Assembly (NCBI GenBank): GCA_032718475.1
Contig: JAUCBJ010007525.1
Location: 46,063-110,062, forward strand
Direction of reading: 5' to 3'
Source of the DNA: Nemertoderma westbladi
Lineage: Eukaryota > Animalia > Xenacoelomorpha
DNA length: 64,000 nt
Shown: piece after piece, positions 45,043 to 57,040 of the stretch
How the letters are laid out: the number at the start of each line of letters is the position of its first letter
Position numbering within the stretch: the stretch's first letter is position 1
Position numbers and translations under genes: made by a program
Notes under the pieces: model-generated
The model's database searches: none
Seen by the model: the letters and a program-made list of their open reading frames with translations, nothing else
What the model was told of the DNA's origin: nothing

Positions 45043-48000
45043 CGGTACCAGCACAACAGTATGACTACAGCATGCAAGGACATAACATATACCCAGGGGA
45101 GGGGAGAATTATTGCGGATAGGTGCATGGGCCCCAATATATTAACATCAACCCCAGTACCAAACATACCGGTGGGGGGGGGGGGGGGACAGGGTGACATT
45201 CCCCCATCACAATATCAACAATATACCCCAATAGGAGTACGAACATCGAATGCCTTGGACGCGAATAGGTCGTGCGACACGGAAATATGGAGGGGGCCGT
45301 TACCCCCAATGATATATCCGACGCAACAAATAAAATCAACAGATAGGACGGGCAGACCGCACCCAACAAAAGAATCTGTACAGCATCCCTTGAACCCATT
45401 GGAAGCGCAAGCGATGGGAATGGCCACGTTAATCGATGCATTAAAGACCAGGATCGAGTTACCACCCGTGGAACCATTCAAATTCGATGGAAGTAGGCTG
45501 GAAGAATACCTACAGTTTCGGCGAATGTATAGTAATGAAATATTAACAAAGAATTTGACGCAGGCAGAGTGCCTAAAGTATCTACAAGTGTATACAGGAG
45601 GCCCAGCATACGAAATCGTGAGGCAATACCAGGGCATCGAGGGCGGCTTCACGACAGCATGGCGGGCACTAGACAGGGAGTACGGGCACCCGGCCAAGAT
45701 CATCCGGCAAACCCTGAGAGGTATAACATCGGGTGGCCTACAGGATAATCCCATTAGCATAAAGACATTCGCTAACAAAGTCGAGAAGGCGCTAATCGTA
45801 CTAAAGACTCTGGATGCGCCATATGAACTCAACGCGTCTAACAACATCACTACGATAGCGCAGGCACTACCGATTTGGCTGCGCAATAAGTGGAGAGAAA
45901 TCGCTTTCTCCACTCGAGATAGGAAGGGTGCGGAACCGGGTTTAGAAGAGATGTCTAGCTTCTTGAATTATGAAGCTGAACTAATAACGGACCCAGTCTA
46001 TAGCGACGATAGCCTGGGAAAGGGACTAAAGACCAATTATCACAGGCCGAAACCAGAGCACAACGCGTCGAACGCATTGCCAAAGCTCAGACAGTCACTG
46101 CCATACGCAGCAACACAGGGGACTACCAGTCCACAAGTAGCCGGGGGTAAGACCACATCATGGAGCGGACAGGGGAAAAATAACAACACAAATAAACATA
46201 ACCCCGGCACGCCCAGTAGGCCGAACCCAAACAATAAGAATAGTAGGGATTTTGGTACAAATATAAGTGCGATATGCAACACACTTTATAAGGATGGCTA
46301 CAACCCAAAGAGCAAATGCCAATTACATACAAATGCACTTCATCAGACCATGAACTGCAGGTACTGGCAAGCGCTACCCAGGGAAGATCAGGTAGAATAC
46401 GCGAGAAGGAATGAAATCTGTTCACGATGTGTGATGAGTGGACATAGAGCTAACCAATGCAAGGAAACGCCAATTAAGTTCGGTCAAAGTAAAGGTCAGA
46501 CGATTGCAACAAGCACCGTAGTGGCGAGGAAGAGAGGAACGGTACTACTAGGGGTAGTACCAGTAAGGATAATCGGGGAAGGCAATCGATCAGTAACCAC
46601 ACTGATGCTGGTCGACAGTGGTGCAGCCTTCACCTTAGTTGAGGATTGGGTGGCCGAAGAGATAGGATTGAGAACGAGGCCAAGTAGAATGGCGGTAACA
46701 ACCATCTCCAGCAAAGATGAGGTCCTGGAGATGAGGACCGGACGGTGCGCGATAGCAGCAATAGCACCGGGATGCGACTATGGGGCAACCATCGACCCCA
46801 TCCAGGTGATAGAGTCGATAAATATCAACGCCAGGCGGCCAACCAACATCGAGGTCGAACAATATAGATTCCTGGACAGGTTCGATTTCTCAATCCCAGA
46901 GGTGGACGTTAGGAAGGTATCCATCATCATAGTAGGAATGGACTGCCCGACGGCCCACGAGAGAATGCAAACGGTCTTTGGCGAAGACAGGCAGTGTGAC
47001 CCGGTGGCGATTTTAACACCATTCGGGTGGACGCTGTGCGGCCCAATTAAGAGCAAAATACCATTTAGGATGTCGGAGACATCAGGATGCATGTTCGCGG
47101 GAACTATGCGAGAAATGGGAGATGAGGGAGCAGAGGAGCAGCTCAGGAGACTGCTCAGACAGGATTTTCAGGGATTAAAAGAGACCGGGGTCGGAACTTC
47201 GGTAGAAGACAAGCAGGCTTTACAAAGTGTAAAGGAATCGATGACATGCGATGAGGGGCGGTATACCATAGGGATGGTATGGAAGTTACCGAAGCTACCG
47301 CTACCCGACATTAAAGGAATGGTACTCACGAGGCTTCGTAAGTTGAAGCAGACGCTAAAACGGAGCCCCGAGAAGAATGAGTACATTCATAAGACAATCA
47401 GGAAGTATGTCGAGAAAGGATGGGCCATAGAGTTACCGGTCGACGAGCCAAACACGGACAGGACCTATTACCTACCACTCCATGTGGCCCTAGACCCGAA
47501 GAAAGGTAAACTGCGGATGGTAGTTGACGCATCGGCTAAAACGAACAGCAAGTGCCTAAACGATTATCTGCTGGAGGGTCCCAACATCTACAACTCAGGG
47601 ATCGAGGTCCTACTCAGATTCAGGAATGGGAAACACGCTTTCACCTGCGACATCGAAGGCATGTTCAACCAAGTCTGGAATCAATGGAGTCTGGAACCAA
47701 GTCTGGAACCAATGGAGTCTGGAAATACGGTTAAGGAACTACTGGATACGGGGCGCGAGGTTCGCGACATCCTAAAAGGATCCGGGTTCAACCTAACCAA
47801 GTTCCAATCCAGCTCGCAAGAGTTCATGAAAGCCATAGAGTACAGGAGGCCAGAGTCGACCATGGATAATCCCACGACAGACAAGGGACAGGACATGGCG
47901 AACAAGAGAGGTGAGTCCCAACAGAAGGCACTAGGGATCGTGTGGAACCGAGAGACAGACGAGTTGAAATACCAGTTGAGTCAGGAGGGCGCAGACATCC

Positions 48001-50333
48001 ACACAAAGAGGGGCTATGTGTCGTACATAGCAAGGATATACGATCCCCTAGGCCTAGCATCCCCATTACTAGTCACGGGGAAACAGATACTCAAGAGAGT
48101 GTACAAACTAAAAGACGAGTGGGATACAGAGGTCCCGGAAGAGATCAGCAAGCAATGGAGCAAGTGGACAGAGAGTTTAGAGCAGATGGGAACATACAGC
48201 ATGCCACGCGTGTATTTCCCGGATGGGAACATGACGAATCTGGATCTGCACATGTTCTCCGATGCGTCATTAGAGGCATACGGAGCGGCACTCTACTTAG
48301 TACAACGAGAGGGGGCTCACAAGCCCAGACTCGCATTCAGCAAAGCGAAGTCGATGCCACCAGATTCAGCATCAGTTCCGAAACTCGAGTTGACAGCTGC
48401 GAGATTAGGAGTTAGGGCCACAGCCTACTTAGTGGACGCTATTCCCAACATAGTGGAGACTCACTATTGGACGGACTCCATGGTAGTGCTTGGTTGGCTA
48501 CACAATGAGAGGACGAGATACCCTATATTTGTCGCAAACAGGGTGGACGAGATAGGAGCGACGACAGAATTGGAAAGGTGACACTACTGCCCAACGGAAG
48601 ATAACCCAGCGGACTTGTTATCGAGGGGCATGGCACGCCACACTTTCTTGAAGAAGGAAGTATTGTGGCAGCATGGGCCGCAATTCCTGAACAATAAGAC
48701 AGCCTGGCCGCCGATGAGAAAGGTGGATCCGGGCGCAGAGCAAATAACGTTAGAGGAAGAGGGAGGGGATTCAGAAGGTGAGGAAATATACAGCCAGATG
48801 GTAAGGGACGTGCAACCGAAACCGGAAGAACTGTGCGATAACCTGACAGACAAACTCCTTAGCTACAGATCAAGTTGGTACAAGACCGAGAAGTTAGTGG
48901 CATACTGGAAAGCCTTCAGGGACTTCCTTAGGGGAATCGGTAGAGATGCAAAAGGTATAATAACCGTCGATCTGGAGGGGACGGCCAAGGCCATCATCCG
49001 CTACGAACAGAGGAAGAATTACGGCGACGAGGTGGAACGCGTCGGCAAACAACAGCATCTCCGACGGGACAGCAAGCTGATCGCGCTGTCGCCACAACTA
49101 AACGATGATGGAATCTTAGTGATGAACTCTAGAGTGTCGAACCACAACAGTATCATCATTCCGCCAAAGCCCATCATCATCCCCAATGGATCATCGATAG
49201 TCCATCAGATCATCTGGGACTCCTATAAGTCGATATTGCACGGGGGCACCAACCGAACCCTCACGGAGATACGAAGGACCTTTTGGGTCAAACAGCTAAG
49301 GAAAAAGGTAAAGGCGGAAGTGGGGCAGTGCCAGACCTGCCGACGGGCGAAGAAGGAGCGGGCCATACAGGAAATGGCGCCATTACTGGCCAGTAGAGTG
49401 AGACAGCACGACCCGCCATTCACGCACTGCGGTGTGGATATGTTCGGGCCGATAAATATTAAGGTGATGCGGCACACGGAGAAGCGCTACGGCATCATCT
49501 TCATATGTAACAACACACTGGCGGTAGGGATAGAACTCGCCCAAGATGCAACAGCATCGGCATTCATTAATGCCCAAGATAGGTTCAGGGACCGCAAAGG
49601 TGGGACGATCGCAGTAATATACTCCGACAATGGAACCAATTTTGTGGGGGCAGAGAACGAGATGGCGGATGCCTTGGATATCCTGGAAGGGGAGGAAGTC
49701 AGGGCAGCCATGAGAAGACGACAAGTGAAGTGGGAGAGGAGGACTCCGTATGCTCCGCATACTCTAGGATGTGTCAAGAGACTTGTGGGTAGTTCCAAAC
49801 ATCTGATGACGAAGTTGATGAACACCCACATGGTAACAGAGGACATACTAAGGACGGTACTAGCAAAGTGCGAGGGTATCATTAATAGCAGACCGCTATA
49901 TCCAGAAAATGATGACCCGGAGTCATTAGATGTATTGACGCCTAGTCACTTTCTAATGGAAAGGCCAGCGACCATTGACATGCAGGGTGTAGATCCAGAC
50001 GATATACACTCCCGACAGAGCTGGAAAGTCGCCAAGGCGATAAGCGCAGAGTACTGGAGGAGGTGGGTCGAAGAATATCTACCCACGCTCCATAGAAGAA
50101 GCAAGTGGAGGAACACGAATAGGGAGTTAAAAGAGGGTGATCTGGTGATCGTCACGGACGATACCATCATCAATAACCAGTGGCGATTGGCGAGAGTTGT
50201 GGGCACTTACTCCGATGAGGATGGAAGAGTCCGATCGGTAGAAGTGCGGATAGGTGGCAAAATAGGAGCAAAAGATAGAAAGACCTACAGGAGGGCTGTG
50301 GGTAAGTGCTGCCTTCTGGAGGGAGCACCCTAG
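45027..50333 (+). pseudogene. BEL/Pao gag-pol polyprotein (DUF1759, Zn knuckle, protease, partial RT, RNase H, integrase); in-frame stop at 48579
   Basis: FKFDGS; CSRCVMSGHRANQC; LVDSGA; YYLPLH..KLRMVVDAS; DIEGMF; YDPLG; FSDAS; PKLEL; WTDS; SDNGTNFVG; LTPSHFL. RT motifs between DIEGMFNQV and the thumb region are missing. Confidence 0.93.
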
Positions 50334-50429
50334 TGTTTAGTCGTCCAAGTTTTGGACTGAGGGGGGTGGGATTGAGGGCGAGACGCCCTTCCCACACATA
50401 AAATATAAAAAAATAATAAATAAAGAAAG

Positions 50430-50990
50430 AGTAGGTAGGCAGATAGTAAGAGTTAGTAGTTAGAGGGTACGTAGTACCGTTAGTTAGTTAGTAAGAGTTA
50501 GTAAGAGGGTACGTAGTACCGTTAGTTAGTTAGTAAGAGATAGTAGTAAGAGGGTACGTAGTACCGTTAGTCAGTTAGTAAGAGTTAGTAAGAGGGTACG
50601 TAGTACCGTTAGTTAGTTAGTAAGAGTTAGTAGTAAGAGGGTACATAGTACCATTAGTTAGTTAGTAAGAGTTAGTAAGAGGGTACGTAGTACCGTTAGT
50701 TAGTTAGTAAGAGATAGTAGTAAGAGGGTACGTAGTACCGTTAGTTGAGAGAGAGTTAGAAATTAGTAAGAGGGTACGTAGTACCGGTTAGTAGGAGTTG
50801 AGGGAGAGTTAGAGATTAGTAAGAGGGTACGTAGTACCGGTTAGTAGGAGTTGAGGGAGAGTTAGAGATTAGTAAGAGGGTACGTAGTACCGGCTAGTAG
50901 AAGATAGTTAGAGATTAGTAAGAGGGTACATAGTACCGGTTAGTAGGAGTTAGTAGAAGTTAGTTAGAAGTTAGTGGTAAAAGGGTATGT
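50430..50990. repeat. Tandem array of about 11 GGTAC-GTA-GTACC mini-hairpin units between pol and ORF3
   Basis: AGAGGGTACGTAGTACC recurs every ~42-54 bp with TTAG/AGT-rich linkers. Confidence 0.9.
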
Positions 50991-51449
50991 ATAATATAGA
51001 TATTAGTTAGTAGTAAGTAGCGAGAGGGGGGCATATGAGTATAGCTGGATAAATCGTGTAGGCCACGCGACGCATACTGTTGTACTGCACAAGCCCACAG
51101 AGTAGGCCAGAATGTGGATTACGAAATAGAGTAATCCATCAGCGATAATAAGTAGGTAGTAGCACAGTAGTACGATTAAATTAAAATAAAATAGAATCAG
51201 AAAATTAGACAAATGATGGTAACAGTAGAAAGAAAATTCTGGAACATAATTAAAGTAATGCACAAAATTGCAATTTAGGGTACAATTTGACAGTTTTAGG
51301 AATTAAGTAGTAAAAATTTGGCTATAACTCGAGGTTAAGTAAGAAATAGGCCATTGTCGAACTGTACAGACCATCATAATCTTATCACTCATCTGTACTG
51401 CGCCTTGGCAAGGCACCACCTTACAGGTGAGCGAGTGAGAGAGTTCGAA

Positions 51450-54017
51450 ATGGTGGGGAAACTGATCAGGAAGAGAAAGGCGGAGTCAGGAGGAAAGGAG
51501 ATACTGGTGGATTTCACTAAGAGGCATCCAGAAGAGAAGACGAGGGGATACTACGAGCGGTTAGAGAGAGGTCACGGAGCGCGAGCGCTACAAGACCATT
51601 TCAGGGAGGTGCACGAACAGCGGCTGGTCGGGACCTACAGGACGCCATCACTGGACAACGCGATCTTCGAGCATTTCCACTACGTGGTGAAAGGAGACGA
51701 AGCAAAGTTCGGGATTCCGAAGTACGCAAGAGAGCCACCGAGGAAAGATTGGAAGAGGTTCGTAGAATCCGTCAGCAGAGAAGGATACATGGTCCTAGAT
51801 GATGAGGGGACCGTGGAAGATGAGGAGGGTTCGAGGAGAGGATCGGCGGGGTCGGCCAGAACCATACTCCTACATTTGGGCGCGCCAAATGGGGATATAT
51901 TCCTCTTCGATCTAGGGACGTATGGAAAGAAGGATGGGCCGAAGTTGAACCGGTTGCCGAAGGCGGTGTAAACCCTAGTGAGAGAGAAGTCGACGACGAA
52001 AGTGGGATCGGCGATTAGCGACGATGCGGAGAGAATCATCGGTCCGGACACCCCCAACCTTCTGGATACGCAGACGGTCTACATGGCTATGACAGCACCA
52101 GACGGGTTGGGACTAGTGGAGAACTCAGGCCATTGTGGGGCGGTGGCGATGGGCCAGCTAATGGGGCTCGTGTGTCACAAACCAATGGACTGGGGTAAGT
52201 TCAGAGAGGAGTACGGAGTGGACTTGGCAAACTCGCTGAAGTGGGGAGCGAGGCCAGGGAAACAAGAGGTGTATCAATTCCGGAGAGGAGCGATAAAGGT
52301 ATATCAGAAGCGATACATCCTACAGGAGGACTGGATAATGATGGGTTTGCTTAACCTATTCATGACCGTGGTTATCGAGAGGGAACCAACGGCATTCCTA
52401 TTATCGGGATCACCCCTAAGCTACAGAAGAGCCTTTAAGACGGCTTTCGAGGGTCTGGTAGACCACCTGGGGCTGAAGGGCGAGTCGGTGTACTATAACA
52501 GCCGACATCTGGTAGACGGGGAGGTAGATACGCCGTATCAGAGATGGGAGCAGCTAGAGGCGGATAGGCGAGAGGCGAAGCGATTGGAAGAAATCGCTAG
52601 GCAGGAGAGGAGAAAAGCAGAAGAAAGGGAGGAGGAAGCTAGGGCACAGAGCTACGGCTTCGAGGAACAGGCGGCCTTAGACGAACTTCGTTGGACGTCA
52701 TCAGGGAGTTCGGGGGAGTCTCTAGGGCGAGAATTGGGATGGACGGTGGGATCACCGAAACAGTCGACATCGGGATTGCAAACGACGCCGATACCAGCGG
52801 GCGCCGAGGGCGATCAGCCGCTAAGGAGGCTAGGGGAGCTGAAAGGATGGAAAGTTACGGGCGAGAGCAAAGGCGGGAAGGGACACACTGGGTCCACCGG
52901 GATACCGGGGTTGGAGCCACTCCCAGAGGAGGACGAGGATGATGACGAGTTCGGTGAGATGCCGCCCTTTGGGAGGATCGGCCACTCGGACACGGACTGG
53001 GTTGGCGGGAGGGTGGTGACGGCCAGTGGGGCGAGAGCCTTCTGGGATAGACCCGGCAAGTGAGCCTGGGTGCATGAGGAGTCAGCGATGGATTTCGCGG
53101 GGGGCACTATCAGGTTGGGCGAGCAACCGGGAACGGCACCACGGGTAGTATTCGGGGAGACGATGCCCGGGAGGGGCGAGGAGATCGACGTGGACAGGGA
53201 CGCTAACGTCCAGAAGTTCGCTTAACAGCGACTCCACAGACCGTGGAGATCGCTTGGGACGAAAGACGACGTGGGGCGGGAGATATTGGTGCTCGGCTGT
53301 GACTACTGTGGGAGACAGACCCACCAGGAAAGGAGCTGTTTGTACCGGTTTCAGAAAGGGACTAGTTGTCTCTATTGCCGCGAGATGAGCCACAGGATGG
53401 GGGCGTGTCCATAGTTGCACAACCGGTGTTCGAAGTGCAGCTTCCGAGGGCACTACGGACGCCAGTGCGACTGGATGGACGACGAAGAGAAGTTTATGAT
53501 CTTCGAGGAGTGGGCCGACGTCGGGGCCATGACTTGGCAACGTATGAAGGCCCAGGAGTTCCGGTGGGGCTTCTTTAACATCAATCAGGAGGCCCACATG
53601 GAGATTATCAAACAGAGGCTTCCATTTACCTACCAAGAAGTGGCGACGGCGGCGTCGTATGCCGGAGTGATAAATACGCAGAGGTATCTGGACAGGTGGA
53701 CGCCACAGAACAGGGGGGAGTTTAGAGATTTCTTGGCGGAGCATGTGCCGCAGGCGATGAAAGTGATCCTATGGGACGCCACCAGGGGGAGACAACAGGG
53801 CCACTCGGAGGGGCCACCCGCGAAGCGATACTGGGAGCTAATAACACCGGCGCCCAAGGAGTCGACGACCGGGATTAGTAAGGAGGTGACGGCGAGGGTC
53901 AGGAGCCTGAAGGGAGATAAGACCAAAGGAGCGGCAGCGACCAGGAAACGACTGAGGGAGGAGGACAATAAAGGAAAAGAGTTGAGGTGGTTCCTAAAGT
54001 CAGGTGGAACGAACTAA
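51450..54017 (+). pseudogene. Retrotransposon accessory ORF3: DEDDy-like 3'-5' exonuclease plus three CCHC zinc knuckles (four in-frame stops)
   Basis: Single frame with stops at 51969, 53061, 53223 and 53412. Exonuclease-like motifs VLDDEG, LLHLGA..DIFLFDL, LPKAV..KVGSAISDD, LDTQ. Knuckles CDYCGRQTHQERSC, CLYCREMSHRMGAC, CSKCSFRGHYGRQC. Confidence 0.75.
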
Positions 54018-54704
54018 GACTTCGATGTGGTATGCCTGGAAGGCACCACGTGAGACGTGCGAACTCCTAAGTACAAATTCAAATAATCTAAATAATTGAA
54101 AAGTGCAATTAGTATGTACGTACATAGCAATCATTATTAGCTTAGTAAACAAATGTAATCAAAGTAAGTACTATAGTCATACAACCTTTTTCCAATTAGC
54201 TACTGGGACTGGGGACCAATAGACTATAATACTATGAATCGCAGACGAGACATGGGACGACATCACACTTCTTGAGTGCGATGGCACAGGAGGGGGGTGA
54301 GACTCGTCAGGAGTGAGTGGGTGAGATAGGGGTTGAGTAACAGCGTGAGGAGAGTGCGGGTACAATTCAAGTGTGGGGGGAGGAGTGAGAGGCAGAGTGA
54401 GGGACAAGGAGGTCCGAGGGTTAGAGCGAGAGTGAGGAGGAGTGAGGGTCAGGGTGAAAGTCGAGTGGAGTTAGTGGCGAAAGTGTTGGGGAAACAAAAA
54501 TTGTGTGAGAGGAGCGCACGATTGGCCCGATACGGGATGCCAGGTAAACAGGGTAGCGATATCATACCCATAGGGAGCGGCCTGGAAAGCCGGCTCCGAG
54601 AAAATAGTTCCACCCCACACCCGATGATAGATCGGGATCCAGCGGAATTGTAGCACACTAGAGGTGGATGCTATCTTCTCACCAGGAAGATAGCATGGGG
54701 GGAG

Positions 54705-55275
54705 TGTTAGCGTATTCAATTCCACTAGCCAGCCCCACAAAGTTGGCTTTAAGCAATATTGGGAGCACGAGGTTGATTACCAATCAACCTCGTGTCACCC
54801 CAATAAACGGGGACAACAGGCCCCAGGGGAACACACAAAAGGGGTCAGAGGTTATACCTCCGAGAGAGAGAATAACAGCAGTAGGGGGGGAAAACACTCC
54901 CAGAGAGATGGGAGGCGAGAAGTGAGTTGTTAGCCAATGGGGGGAAGGCATCCACTGAGTAATGTAATGCGGCCAACCAGTGCAATATATATTATCATTC
55001 GTTGTGCCAATTTATTCACTTTAGTAAGTCAGTTAGTTAGGGCAGTACCGGAACTCTAATCACCATCTCCGTCTACTGTCAGCAATATTCAGCCATTTTA
55101 CCGGTACACTATATCATCATCAACCAACTGTGCTATATTACCATTTATTATATTATACCCTTATATCTATATACACCGATCAATCAACAACCCAGAACTC
55201 TTTTCACATACACACACACGGCGGGGACGCGTAGATTAGACACCGGATAAACCAGGATTTTCGGATCCCGTCACA
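54705..55275 (+). repeat. 3' LTR of the BEL/Pao element (571 bp)
   Basis: TG...CA, preceded by purine tract GGGGGGAG and followed by TSD AATAA. Confidence 0.92.
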
Positions 55276-56270
55276 AATAATGCTTTTAGGCTGACACTTG
55301 GCAGATGTGTATTACACCATAGGGTGTGTGTCTGGAGAGGACGCCGAACAACCTGCAGTTCTCTATTCGGCCGCTAGGGGGCGAAATGTCTGAACGTGAA
55401 ATCCTTATCTCATTTTGATGTTTATAATATTTTTAGGCTGATACTTGTCAGAGGTCTACTACATCAAAGACTGCGTGTTTGTGGAGAACTAAGACCAATC
55501 TGCAATAGCTCTGTCTGCCGCTAGGTGGCGTAATGTCTGAAAGTGAAAACCTTTATGCATTTCATTGTTTATAATGTTTTTTTGCTGATACTTGACAGAG
55601 GTCTACTACACCATAGAATGTGTGTTTGGGGAGGAGCTAGAACCAGTCTGCATTTATCCAGTCTACCGCTTGGGGGCCAAATGTCTGAAAGTGAAAACAT
55701 TATCCCATTTCGTTATTAATATGATTTCAGGCTGACACTTGCCAGATGTGTAGTACACCATAGGGTGTGTGTCTAGGTAAGACGCGAACAAACTGCAGTT
55801 CTCCATTCGACCGCTAGGGGGCGAAATGTCTGAAAGTGAAAACCTTATCCCGTTTCGTTGTTTCTAATGCTTTTAGGCTGATACTTGTCAGAGGTCTACT
55901 ACACCATCGACTGCGTGTTTGTGGAAAACTCTGACCAATCTGCAATTTCTCAGTCTGCCGCTAGAGGGTGAAATGACTCAAGTGAAATCCTTCTCCCATT
56001 TCGTTTTTTCTAATGCTTTTTTGCTTATACTTGGGAAAGGCATGCTTGACCATAGGCTGTTTGTATGGGGAGGACGCTAACCAGTCTGCGGATTTCCAGT
56101 CTACTGCTAGGGTGCGAAAAATCTGAATCTGAAAAGTAAAAACATTCTCACATTTATTTATTAAAAATGCTTTTACGCTGATAATTGTCAGAGGTTTACT
56201 GTACTACATCATAAGGCTGCATCTATGCGAAGGACGTTGACCAGTGTAGATATCTGAAAAGTAAAACAGC
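55276..56270. repeat. ~147-bp tandem array, right part (about 6 units)
   Basis: Core motif at 55370, 55517, 55665, 55810, 55957 and 56103. Confidence 0.9.
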
Positions 56271-56365
56271 ATCAGTCCTTTTGTTTAAGAGAACACTCTC
56301 AATCATATGAAGTTTTGTTAAGTTAATTAATTAATTAATGTTTGGAATGGTGAATAGGCTTGTGA

Positions 56366-56405
56366 ACTAGAAAGCCGTGGCCCGAAGGGCCACTGGCTTT
56401 CTAGT
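56366..56405 (+). other. Palindromic hairpin ending in CTAG (Helitron/Helentron-like 3' terminus)
   Basis: ACTAGAAAGCC-GTGGCCC-GAA-GGGCCAC-T-GGCTTTCTAGT followed by (TA)n. Confidence 0.6.
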
Positions 56406-57040
56406 ATATATATATATATATATATCCGTTATCACGTGCTAGTTACTCAGTTGTCAGTATACTGTATATCACGTAGGATAGTAACAATTAGATGTGTTGG
56501 CAAGCTCTATTTTTCGAGGTGTTTGTTATTATACATGTACTTGCTAATTATAGGAAGGAATCTATAGGGGTCTTAATCTCGAATGATAAGTTTATTTTAC
56601 CGAAAACAACTTATCTTTTATTGGCGCAATTGTAGGACTAATGCCATCACATGCGTACGTTTTAACCGGGTCATGTACAAATTTAGGAATCGCATTTAGG
56701 AATAGCAATGTTATTTTCGGTAAAATAAACTTATCATTAGAGGTTAAGACCCCTAAATCCCTTCCTATAATAAATGTATTATCACGTAGGATGTCGCACA
56801 GTTTCAACCGTTGCCCGTAACTTGTACTGTATATGTGTAATATGTGCTAAGTCTGAACCGGTAATATCTATCTAATCAATAATATCAGTCAATCAAACAC
56901 CATCGAACTTTTTCTTTCACCGGCCATCAACATCTGACATCTACATCTAGTAACGCGGCGACGCGTGTGAACCTGCGACATCATCGATCGGTCGGGATCC
57001 CTCGCCAACGAAGATCCCGTCACACGAATTCGTTATAGGT

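Larger units (their letters stand above)
42161..55275 (+). mobile_element. BEL/Pao LTR retrotransposon, 13.1 kb, with a third accessory ORF
   Basis: TGTTAG...TCACA ends; TSD AATAA (42156-42160 and 55276-55280); G-rich PPT before the 3' LTR; Pao-type gag-pol. Confidence 0.93.

Noticed and set aside
45109-50397. Many minus-strand ORFs opposite BEL pol, and similar antisense ORFs over other TE genes
   Set aside because: Antisense shadows of coding sequence with no recognisable motifs.
50430-50990. CRISPR-like appearance (palindromic repeat with spacers)
   Set aside because: The spacers are themselves repetitive and related, the context is a eukaryotic retrotransposon, and there are no cas genes.
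51450-54017. env gene in the BEL element
   Set aside because: No signal peptide or transmembrane anchor seen; the motifs point to a nuclease and zinc knuckles instead.
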